This document shows, one piece after another, positions 36,030-45,100 of a DNA stretch of 64,000 nucleotides. The stretch covers positions 3,104,001 through 3,168,000 of the forward strand of contig OZ255721.1 of the NCBI GenBank assembly GCA_965277285.1, in the 5' to 3' direction. The stretch comes from Abditibacteriaceae bacterium (GTDB lineage: Bacteria; Armatimonadota; Abditibacteriia; Abditibacteriales; Abditibacteriaceae). The position numbers were made by a program, and so were the translations under genes. Below the pieces are notes generated by a model that was given only the letters and a program-made list of their open reading frames with translations, had not been told where the DNA came from and ran no database searches. Position 1 is the stretch's first letter. Each line of letters begins with the position of its first letter.

Positions 36030-36426
36030 CTAAAAAGGCGATTTCAAAAGGAAAGGTGCAATCTTCCTTGAATTCTTCGGCCAATTCCGCGATGCGCTCG
36101 TTGTCGCGGTCGTATAACCAGCGCACGCTCACGGCGCGGCCTTTATCGTGCGCGTCTTCGAGCATCTCGAAAATATCCATCATCACTTTGACGCTGCTCG
36201 TGTTCAAGTAAACCAAATTCAAATGGAGGCACAGCGGATCGTCCGAGACTTTCAAGTAAGCGGTCATCCATTGAATGATGGGCTTGAAAAATTCGAAAGA
36301 GTTTTCGGGATACGAATCGCCGCGCATCTCCAAAGTGCCCGCACGCGCATCAGTCGCCACAAAAGGTGTGGCTTGTGTTGCTTCCCAATGAATTTCTTCT
36401 AAAAAACTGTTCATCAAATGCAGCAT
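36022..36426 (-). CDS. siaC: SiaC family regulatory phosphoprotein (DUF1987; alternative start 36414)
   Basis: GDSYPENSFEFF, YLNTSSVK, AEEFKEDCTFPF. Confidence 0.9.
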   Translation of the reverse strand: MLHLMNSFLEEIHWEATQATPFVATDARAGTLEMRGDSYPENSFEFFKPIIQWMTAYLKVSDDPLCLHLNLVYLNTSSVKVMMDIFEMLEDAHDKGRAVSVRWLYDRDNERIAELAEEFKEDCTFPFEIAFLDE

Positions 36427-36431
36427 TCCTT

Positions 36432-36476
36432 TTGCGTGTTCGCCAATTGCGTGTTCGCCAATTGCGTGTTCGCCAA
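36432..36476 (+). repeat. 15-bp tandem repeat x3 abutting a palindrome copy
   Basis: ttgcgtgttcgccaa x3 followed directly by tcgagtactcga. Confidence 0.9.
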
Positions 36477-36502
36477 TCGAGTACTCGATGTTCTTCGCAC
36501 CG

Positions 36503-37039
36503 CTAAATTACCACGCTCAAACTGAAAAAACAGCGCCCATCTTCATCTTCGCGCAGGGCGCACGAAACCGGCGCTGACGCCTTGCGCGCGATGTCGATCA
36601 AACCCAGTCCGGCACTTTGTGCTTCGCCGCGCGGCTGCCGCAATTGTTCTTTGTAGAGCGCTTTCAACTGCGCTTTGTCCAGCACGGCCAATTCTTGCAC
36701 GCGCTCTTGCAACTTTTGCCCGTCAACGGTTTCAACAATATTGCCCGCCGACACCACATAATGCCCGCTGCCATCGCGGCCAATGACGACCGTGGCCGAA
36801 GCGTCGCTTTCCGTATACTCGCGCTTTCCAGAATATTGACGGATATTTTGCGTCAGTTCGATGTAAACCGCAAAGACATCCATCGTCGCCGAAGTCGAAG
36901 CCGCTTCGCTTTGCATATAACGTTTCAAAGCGTTGCCGATTTCTTCGATCAGGCCTTGCGAAAACGGGCCGTTGAAACACAACAAAATCTGGTTCTGATT
37001 ATACGTTTTGCGCAACTCGTACAAGTCCGCATGATTCAT
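36503..37039 (-). CDS. siaB: SiaB family protein kinase
   Basis: LCFNGPFSQGLIEEIG, YIELTQNIRQY, AGLGLIDIARKA. Confidence 0.9.
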   Translation of the reverse strand: MNHADLYELRKTYNQNQILLCFNGPFSQGLIEEIGNALKRYMQSEAASTSATMDVFAVYIELTQNIRQYSGKREYTESDASATVVIGRDGSGHYVVSAGNIVETVDGQKLQERVQELAVLDKAQLKALYKEQLRQPRGEAQSAGLGLIDIARKASAPVSCALREDEDGRCFFSLSVVI

Positions 37040-37042
37040 TGT

Positions 37043-39037
37043 TTATTCCTCGTCTTTGCTTGGAATCGGGCAAAAACCCAGCACCGTGATGTCGTCGCGT
37101 TGCGGGTTTTTGCCCTGATAAGTCGCCAGAGTTTTTTCGACTTCAGCTTTTTGTTCGCCCGACGATAACGGCGCGAGGTGCGTTAGCAGTTGCGTCCAAC
37201 GCGCATTGCCGAACCCCAAACCTTTGTCGCCGCCCGCTTGATCGAGCAAACCATCCGTCGTCAAGTAAAACGTATCGCCGTCGTCAACGGCCACTTTCGT
37301 TTGCGAAAATACCGGCGGACGCTTGGCCAACAAAACACTGCGATTTCCTTTGATTTCATCAACGTTTTGGCCATTGCTGCGAAAAAGCGAAATTTTGGCG
37401 CCGGCAAAAGTCAGCGTCCGTTCTTTGTTTGACACAAAAGCGAATCCGGCGTCCATATTGGTGGCGACATTCGACGCGGCATTCGAGTACTCGATGTGCG
37501 ATTGAAGCAATCCGCGCATTTGTTGATCCATGTGCGTCAACAGTTGCGCCGGATTTTCGACGCCGCATTTTGCAATCGCTGCATCCAGAGCGCTGTGCGC
37601 GATCATCGTCATAAAGGCGCCTGGAACACCATGTCCGGCGCAGTCGACAACGCCCAGCAAATAGCCATTTTCGGTGGGGCGGAACGCATAAAAATCGCCG
37701 CCCACGACATCGCGCGGACGCCAGCAGACGAACGCTTTTTCACCCAATTGTTGATTGAAAAGCGCGTCCGGCAAAATCGCGTTTTGAATCAGGCTGGCGT
37801 ATTGAATGCTGTCCTCGATTTTCTTGTGCGTTTGCGTCAGTTCGTGCGTTCGTTCGAGTACTCGATGTTCGAGTTCTTGCGTGTGCGTGCGCACCTGCGT
37901 CGCCATTTGGTCGAAGGCGCGCGTCAGTTCGCCCAGTTCGTCGTCACTGGCGCGCGGCAGCGAAATGTCGTAATTGCCCGCCGCAACCGTGCGCACCGAG
38001 CGCGTCAGCTTGATCACGGGCGCCAGCAAAAGCCGATTGACCGCAAGCGTAATCGCGCCCACGAGCAAGCTTAATAGCGCCAGGCTGCTCAGCAAAAGCG
38101 GCAGCCACAAGCTTCGATCCATCACGCGCGCCGCTTTCAAATCGACAGCGGTTAGCACATACCAATCGAGTTCGGGGATGTAGGAAACGGCGAGCAGTTG
38201 ATTTTGCCCGTTCAAATCGGCGCGCACCAATTGAATGCCTTCGGGATTTTCGAAAGCGTTCTGCAACGCCGCATTGAGGTGCGCCACGTCGTCAGGTTTG
38301 GAAAGCAGGCGAAAAATGCGGCTGTGTTGCGCGCCTTTGTCGTTGATCGAGGAAAAGTCGATCAAGCGGCGATCGGGATGCGCTTGAATATCGCCGCGAC
38401 GGTCGAGAACAATCGGCGTCACGCCCGTTTCGCTGCTGGCGATGAAACGCTTGAGAAAGCTGGTTAAATCCAGCCCGGTTCCAGCCAGTCCGATGTTGCG
38501 CGAACCGTTTTTGACCAGCACGTTGAACCAGACTTTGGTGACATGAAGTTTCACGTCCGGGTCAACGTTGATGTTGAAGGCGCGCGTGTCCTTCAACGTG
38601 TTGAAAAACCAGGCGTCGTGCGTCGTGTTTGCTTTGAGCGCATAGCGCGGCTGATCGCTCGACGCGGTGTGACTATCATTGAAATAATAATCGCGCGTCG
38701 CGCCCGAAATCACGAAGTAAGAATGATCGTCAAAGGCTTTTTGATAATGCGCGGCTTCGGCAAAGAACAAGGATTTCTTATCAGGATTTCTTTCATCGAG
38801 CAGCCAGCGGCGCGTGGTTTCCGAATTGGCCAGCTGTTGCGCGAGCGCCAGTTCGCGCAAAACCGGCGTCAAAATACGTTGTTTGTTCAAGCGCGTGACA
38901 TTGCGCGCATAAGCCGCGCCGAGGTTTTCCTCGATGCTGTTGAGCGCGCGCCAACCCGCGACAAGCGCCAAACCCAGCACCAACGCCATACACGTCACCA
39001 ACGCCAGCGCCGATTTCGCTCGTAAACCCATTCTCAT
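37043..39037 (-). CDS. siaA: SiaA-like membrane PP2C/SpoIIE phosphatase with sensor and HAMP domains
   Basis: MGLRAKS N-terminus, HAMP (DELGEL), VGGDFY, DCAGHGVPGA, TDG..DQ.GG, RDDIT. Confidence 0.9.
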   Translation of the reverse strand: MRMGLRAKSALALVTCMALVLGLALVAGWRALNSIEENLGAAYARNVTRLNKQRILTPVLRELALAQQLANSETTRRWLLDERNPDKKSLFFAEAAHYQKAFDDHSYFVISGATRDYYFNDSHTASSDQPRYALKANTTHDAWFFNTLKDTRAFNINVDPDVKLHVTKVWFNVLVKNGSRNIGLAGTGLDLTSFLKRFIASSETGVTPIVLDRRGDIQAHPDRRLIDFSSINDKGAQHSRIFRLLSKPDDVAHLNAALQNAFENPEGIQLVRADLNGQNQLLAVSYIPELDWYVLTAVDLKAARVMDRSLWLPLLLSSLALLSLLVGAITLAVNRLLLAPVIKLTRSVRTVAAGNYDISLPRASDDELGELTRAFDQMATQVRTHTQELEHRVLERTHELTQTHKKIEDSIQYASLIQNAILPDALFNQQLGEKAFVCWRPRDVVGGDFYAFRPTENGYLLGVVDCAGHGVPGAFMTMIAHSALDAAIAKCGVENPAQLLTHMDQQMRGLLQSHIEYSNAASNVATNMDAGFAFVSNKERTLTFAGAKISLFRSNGQNVDEIKGNRSVLLAKRPPVFSQTKVAVDDGDTFYLTTDGLLDQAGGDKGLGFGNARWTQLLTHLAPLSSGEQKAEVEKTLATYQGKNPQRDDITVLGFCPIPSKDEE

Positions 39038-39163
39038 AACAAACTCTCACTTGCACGGAATTTTCCACTGGAGAAAACGCTCGAAAAATGGACTTTCGAG
39101 TACTCGATAACGTATGTTGAGAAAATAGAATCAAATCCACGAAAATTTGTGCAAAGGAACACG

Positions 39164-39877
39164 ATGAGTATCAGTTTCGAGAAAGCGCGTCAACTGGCAG
39201 AAAAAGCATTTGACAAATCGTTTGGCGAGAATGAACTTGTCATTACAAGCATTGAGGCGTTTTCTTATGGCTGGGTCTTTTTCGCAAGCTTGCGCGAGGC
39301 TATAGATGAAGGTCATCCCAAATCTGGTTTTGACGGCCTCGGCCCATTTCTCGTGACCAACGGTGAAGTCGTATTTTTACCTTCAGTTTGCCCACCAGTC
39401 GTCTGGCTGCGTCGCTGGGAGATAGAACACAATCAAAAGTCGGATTTGGCTTCGCGGCCTGAAGCGCGGCGCTTCGCCGCCCAACAACTTCATCTTCTGC
39501 TCGCCAATGCTTTCTTCCGATTTCAAGCCGATGAGATTTGCATCGACATTGTGCAGAACGTGGAATCTATCGAATCAGATTTCCGTTCTTCTTATCGAAA
39601 AAGTGGCGGAGAATGGGTTTATGTGGAAGAGCAATACCTTTTCACCGCCTTGATGTTTGAACAGTTGAAGGAAATGGCAGAAGTCAAAGATTGCCCCGTT
39701 ATTGCAATTGACCACACTCAAACTGGACAATTCGACATTAAATTTTCGGGTTCTTCGGAGGCTTTCAAAAACTGCAAGGCAATTTTTACTCTACAAGCCC
39801 AGTTTGAACCTATCGAAAATGGAACACGCGCCACGCTTTTTGGTAAGTTGAAGTCTGTAGAAAAGCACGCTTTTTAA
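39164..39877 (+). CDS. Hypothetical protein with YrhB/immunity-like N-terminus
   Basis: ISFEKARQLAE...YGWVFF...GPFLV pattern; AAGGA RBS. Confidence 0.5.
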   Translation: MSISFEKARQLAEKAFDKSFGENELVITSIEAFSYGWVFFASLREAIDEGHPKSGFDGLGPFLVTNGEVVFLPSVCPPVVWLRRWEIEHNQKSDLASRPEARRFAAQQLHLLLANAFFRFQADEICIDIVQNVESIESDFRSSYRKSGGEWVYVEEQYLFTALMFEQLKEMAEVKDCPVIAIDHTQTGQFDIKFSGSSEAFKNCKAIFTLQAQFEPIENGTRATLFGKLKSVEKHAF

Positions 39878-40065
39878 TACGAAACGTCCGTCATCGAGTA
39901 CTCGATGGTGCGTGAGACATTTACGCGCCACAATGATGACGACAAAGTTGACTCGAGGAAAGACTATGAGTAGCGATAGTATTGATCCCGCCATTGATGT
40001 TTTAATTCCTCGGCTCAAAGCAGCTTCATCCTTGCTACAATTCTCTTTATCACAAAGGTTTAGAA

Positions 40066-40416
40066 ATGGCTCAATGGCATCTTGACGAATTGAAAAACCA
40101 TATCGAGCGGCGCGGCTGGCGTATTCTTGCTCAACAAGATGGAGATGAATATCGTATTTCCGCGACCTGGGTCATTCAACGCAGCACGCAGTTTGAACCT
40201 CTATTCGTTGATTTCAACGGTTTGGACGATCTGAAAACACTCCCTATCGAGCAAAGTTACGGGTGCGAAGTGCGCGAACACTCATCTGTGAGTTTGTATT
40301 TCAGTAAGAAAGGTCACAAAACCTCTTCACACCACGCAAACTGGCGTCAAGAGGTGTCTGACTTCGTGGCTCAACTCGATGCGTTAGAAGAAAATAGAAC
40401 ATCAGATCATTCTTGA
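40066..40416 (+). CDS. Hypothetical protein
   Basis: AAGG RBS; 116-aa ORF between palindrome copies. Confidence 0.55.
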   Translation: MAQWHLDELKNHIERRGWRILAQQDGDEYRISATWVIQRSTQFEPLFVDFNGLDDLKTLPIEQSYGCEVREHSSVSLYFSKKGHKTSSHHANWRQEVSDFVAQLDALEENRTSDHS

Positions 40417-40441
40417 ACAGCGACGGAAACATAACGCCATA

Positions 40442-40490
40442 AACGAAAAGCGTCCACTATCGAGTACTCGATTAGCGGACGCTTTTCGTT
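40442..40490. terminator. Bidirectional terminator with the palindrome at its apex
   Basis: aacgaaaagcgtccactatcgagtactcgattagcggacgcttttcgtt; near-duplicate at 42102-42141. Confidence 0.75.
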
Positions 40491-40509
40491 TGGAACACGA
40501 ACTTTTCCA

Positions 40510-42069
40510 TTACTGCGGGCGCTTTTGCGAGAGCAGCCATTGGTAGAGTTCGGGATCGGCGTAGGCTTTTTCCCACGTTTCGGCGTGCCCGGCCTGTGGG
40601 TAGCGCGTGAACTTGAACGGCACGCCCGCTTCTTTCATCGCCGCCACCATGTCATCGGCTCTTTGCGGATCGAAGGTATCGTCTTTTCCGCCGACGAAAT
40701 ACCATGTCGGCAAGTTTTTCAAGCGTGCTGCGCCGCCAGGATCACCGCCAGCTGCAATCGGCACAATGGCGGCAAATCGTTCGGGAAACTCTAACGCGAG
40801 GAACCACGTTCCGTTGCCGCCCATGCTCAAGCCCGTAACGTAAACACGGTCGGCGTCAACGCGATATTTCGCCTGAACTTCATCCAGAACTTCGATCAAT
40901 TGCGTGGCCAGCAAATAATCGTGCGGCGCTTGTGGTGAAACGAGGATAAAGGGAAATTTTTGACCTCGCGCAATCAGCTTTGGAAGCCCGTGACGGCGCA
41001 AAACGTTGAGGTCATCGCCGCGTTCGCCCGAGCCGTGCAAGAACAAAACGAGCGGCCACTTTTTCGTTTTGTCTTTGGCGTAATCTGGCGGAAGATCAAC
41101 TAAATAACGCGTCGGCCTGGTTTCGCCCAACTTCTTTTTCAACCCATACCACCACGTTTCGTCGCGGTGCCACGGGTTGTTCCACGAACCGCTTCCGTTG
41201 CCGTCACCGGCTTCGTGCAGTCCGGCTAAAAGCGCGCCGGATGAACTGTCGCGTGCCAGGCCATCGACAAACTGCTGCTTCAGATATTTGCTCCACAAAG
41301 CCTGACGCTGGCGCAACACTTCGGCACTGACGCCGATTTCCGGTGGCAACTCGCCGGTGAAATCCGACTTGTCTTTGTTCCAATCGAGTACTCGATCCTG
41401 GCGATAAAGCGTGATATAACGCTTGAAACTTGGCCCGTTTTGTGGCTGCACCAAGACGACAGCGCCATAACGCCCTAACGTCGTCGCGCGCGTCACGAGG
41501 TTATAAGACGCATCGTAGAACTGCGTTTGGATGCTGTAAGCGCCAAGCGCGTCTTCCATCAGCGAAGGCTGCTCGAAATCGGCCTGAGGAAATTCTTCGC
41601 CCGCGAAAACAAATGACGTGAAGAGAATCGGCGCCGATTCCGTGAGAGCACGACGCTCGGTTTCAATGTCGGGCAAAAGAAGCGAGACAGCGCGCTTGCC
41701 ACCGATCCAAACCGATGAATCACGCGAGTTTTGATTTCGCGGCGGCATCGGCAACGTGACAAGAGCGATGCTCCGTTCGCCTTGTTTGTAGAACACCGCG
41801 CTTCCCAAAACACGCCCATCTTGGCGCACTTCCACAACTTGGCCTTCAAGTTGTGGCGCCGCCGTCACCGAAACACGCACGCGCCGGAAACGCTCGTTGG
41901 TTGCGGTTGCCGTCACACTTTGAAAGACGTTATTATCTGGATTAGAAACTGGAAGTTGTGCTCCGGCGGTTCCTGTTTGCTGACTTTGTGCATCCACGTT
42001 CCGTGTCCCAATCGTGCCAGCGAAAATGGACGCGCTCGCCCATAAAACCAACTGCGGTACGTATTTCAT
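40510..42069 (-). CDS. Secreted alpha/beta hydrolase (esterase/peptidase family)
   Basis: PLVLFLHGSGERG, GLSMGG nucleophile elbow, D and H triad residues; GGAG RBS. Confidence 0.85.
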   Translation of the reverse strand: MKYVPQLVLWASASIFAGTIGTRNVDAQSQQTGTAGAQLPVSNPDNNVFQSVTATATNERFRRVRVSVTAAPQLEGQVVEVRQDGRVLGSAVFYKQGERSIALVTLPMPPRNQNSRDSSVWIGGKRAVSLLLPDIETERRALTESAPILFTSFVFAGEEFPQADFEQPSLMEDALGAYSIQTQFYDASYNLVTRATTLGRYGAVVLVQPQNGPSFKRYITLYRQDRVLDWNKDKSDFTGELPPEIGVSAEVLRQRQALWSKYLKQQFVDGLARDSSSGALLAGLHEAGDGNGSGSWNNPWHRDETWWYGLKKKLGETRPTRYLVDLPPDYAKDKTKKWPLVLFLHGSGERGDDLNVLRRHGLPKLIARGQKFPFILVSPQAPHDYLLATQLIEVLDEVQAKYRVDADRVYVTGLSMGGNGTWFLALEFPERFAAIVPIAAGGDPGGAARLKNLPTWYFVGGKDDTFDPQRADDMVAAMKEAGVPFKFTRYPQAGHAETWEKAYADPELYQWLLSQKRPQ

Positions 42070-42101
42070 TGCTTACTCCCAAAGCCCAACGTATTATTGC
42101 C

Positions 42102-42141
42102 AAAAGCGTCCGCTATCAAGTTACTCGATAGCGGACGCTTT
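42102..42141 (-). terminator. gltB terminator with a degenerate palindrome at its apex
   Basis: aaaagcgtccgctatcaagttactcgatagcggacgcttt. Confidence 0.7.
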
Positions 42142-42159
42142 GTGTTTTGCAACCTTGAT

Positions 42160-45100
42160 TTACGCGTTCGATGGAACGGGAGTTTTCTCGTCGGTGCCGT
42201 CCATTGACTTGCCGCTTTGTTTCGCTTCGATTTTCTGAGGAGCCGGAACGGTATCGGGATGCGGCACGACTTTCCAGAATTGTCCCAGCGAGTTTTGCCA
42301 ATCGTTGAGCAACTCTGTGGCGCGCGGGCTGCCAGTCTCCGTCAGGTGGCGTTCGATTAAGTTGCGCAATTTGTAAGCGTCTCCCTCTTCTACGCGCTCG
42401 ATGCCAACCATATCGGGATTGAAGCGACGCGCAAACGCATTGTTTTCGTCATAAACGTAAGCGATTCCACCGCTCATGCCCGCGCCGAAGTTGCGTCCCG
42501 TTTCGCCCAAGACGACGACCGTGCCGCCCGTCATATATTCGCAGCCGTGATCGCCAACGCCTTCGACAACTGCCGTGCCGCCGCTGTTGCGCACGCCGAA
42601 ACGCTCGCCCGCGCGACCCGCCGCGAACAAATGACCGCCCGTCGCGCCATACATCACCGTGTTGCCGATCAGCGAGTTTTCGTGCCACACATACGTTTCA
42701 TGCGCGTGCGGCTTGACCGTGATCGTGCCGCCGTGCATCACTTTGCCGACGTAATCGTTGGCTTCGCCGGTCAGATTCAAGCGCAAGCCATTGATGCAAA
42801 ACGCGCCGAAACTTTGTCCAGCGGAACCGGTAAAGTTCAAGGTCAACTGATCGTCGGGCAAGCCTTTGTCGCCGTGCGCATACGCGATTTCGCCCGCCAC
42901 GCGCCCGCCAACGGTGCGGTCAGTGTTCTTAATCGGATAATGCAAGCTGAGCGTGCGACCATCGGAAATGGCGTCGCGGCCTTCCTGCAAAATTGTTTCG
43001 TCGATATGGCGCCAATCGGCGGGACGGTCGTTGCGCCCCATGATGCTGCGGCCTGGACGAATCGGCTCCGGTCGCAAATCGGTGCCCATCGCGCCATCGT
43101 TTCGAGTACTCGATTCGCCCGCCAGAACCTGCTTCGCGCTGTAGAACAACGGCGTCAGGTCAATGTTGTGCGTCTTGGGATACGTGCCTTCGGGCTTCAT
43201 GCGCAACAAATCGGTGCGACCGATGATGTCGTCCAATTTGCGCGCGCCCATTGATGCCAAAATCTCGCGCACTTCGCGGGCGACAAAAGTGAAGAAGTTG
43301 ACAACGTGCTCTGGCGTGCCGGGAAACTTGGCGCGCAAATCTTCGCGCTGGCTGGCGACGCCGACCGGACACGTATTGAGATGACACTGGCGCGCCATCA
43401 CGCAACCCGCCGCGACAATCGCCGCCGTTCCGAAACCGTATTCTTCCGCGCCCAGCAACGCCGCGATAATCACGTCGCGTCCGGTTTTGAAACCGCCGTC
43501 GGCATGAAGACGAACGCGACCGCGCAGATTGTTTTCCATCAAAACCTGCTGCGCTTCGGCCAAACCCAGCTCCCACGAAATGCCCGTATTTTTGATCGAA
43601 GTGATCGGGCTGGCGCCGGTTCCGCCGTCGTGACCAGAAATCACAATCGTGTCGGCATACGCTTTGGCGACGCCCGCCGCGACCGTTCCAACGCCCGCTT
43701 GTGCCACCAACTTGACACTGACACGCGCGTGCGGATTGACTTGCTTGAGGTCGTAAATCAGTTGCGCCAGGTCTTCAATCGAGTAAATATCGTGATGCGG
43801 CGGCGGAGAAATCAAGGTCACGCCAGGAACCGTGTGGCGAATGAAAGCGATTTCCGCGTTGACTTTGCCGCCGGGAAGCTGTCCGCCTTCGCCAGGTTTT
43901 GCGCCCTGCGCCATCTTGATTTGCAACTCTTTAGCGGAAACCAGATATTCTGGCGTCACGCCGAAACGACCGCTGGCGACCTGCTTAATTTGACTGTTGC
44001 GCCAATCGCCATTTTCGTCGCGGTGATAGCGGGACGGATGTTCGCCGCCTTCGCCGCTGTTGCTTTTGCCACCAATGCGGTTCATCGCAATCGCCAGACA
44101 TTCGTGAGCTTCCGACGACAGCGCGCCGTGACTCATCGCGCCGGTGCAAAAACGCCGGAACAAACTCTCGACTGGCTCCACATCGTCCAGAGGAATTGGC
44201 GCGTCGGAAATCGAGTACTCAAGAAGGTCGCGGATCGCAATCGGCATCTCGCGCGCATTGACCGCATTCTTATAAATCTGATATTGCGTGTCGTAATCGC
44301 CCTTGCGCACGGCTTCGTGGAACGGCTTGAACCACGCCGGATTGAAGGCGTGCTGCTCGCCGCCCTTGCGAAAACGCAGGTAGTAAAAATCTTCCAACTC
44401 GAACTTCTTCGGCGCCTCAAGCGGAAACGCCGTCTGGTGAAGTCGCAACGTGTCGCGCGCGATTTCTTCGTAACCCGCGCCACGAATGCGCGAAGGCGTG
44501 TGCGTGAAACATTCTTCAACGATCTGCGGAGCAAGGCCGAGCGCCTCGAAAATCTGCGCGCCTTGATAAGACGCCAATGTCGAAATGCCCATCTTCGACA
44601 TGATTTTCAGCAGGCCGCTTTCAATCGACTTGCGATAAGAAACCAGCGCTTTTTCGACGCCTTTGTCCCAACCTTCAATCAGATTGTTCTCGATCAAATG
44701 TTCGATGGTTGCATACGCCAGATACGGATTGACGGCGCTGGCGCCAAAGCCGAGCAAGCACGCGGTCTGATGATCGTCGCGCACTTCGCCGCTTTCGGCC
44801 ACAATCGAGACGCGCGTGCGCACGCCGCAACGAATCAGGTGATGATGCGTCGCGCCGACCGCCATCAAAGTCGGAATCAGGGCGCGATCTTTTCCAGCTG
44901 CGCGGTCGCTCAAAATCAAAATTGAGAAACCATCGCGCACCGCTTGCACCGCTTCATCGTGGACGCGGTCGCAGGCGCTTTTCAAACCGGCTTCGCCTTC
45001 ACTAACGGGAAACGTCGCGTCCAGCGTTTTGGCCTTGAAGCATTCGCCCGCCGCGCCCGAACGCAGCCATTCGAGTTGCGCGTTCGTCAAAACCGGCGAC

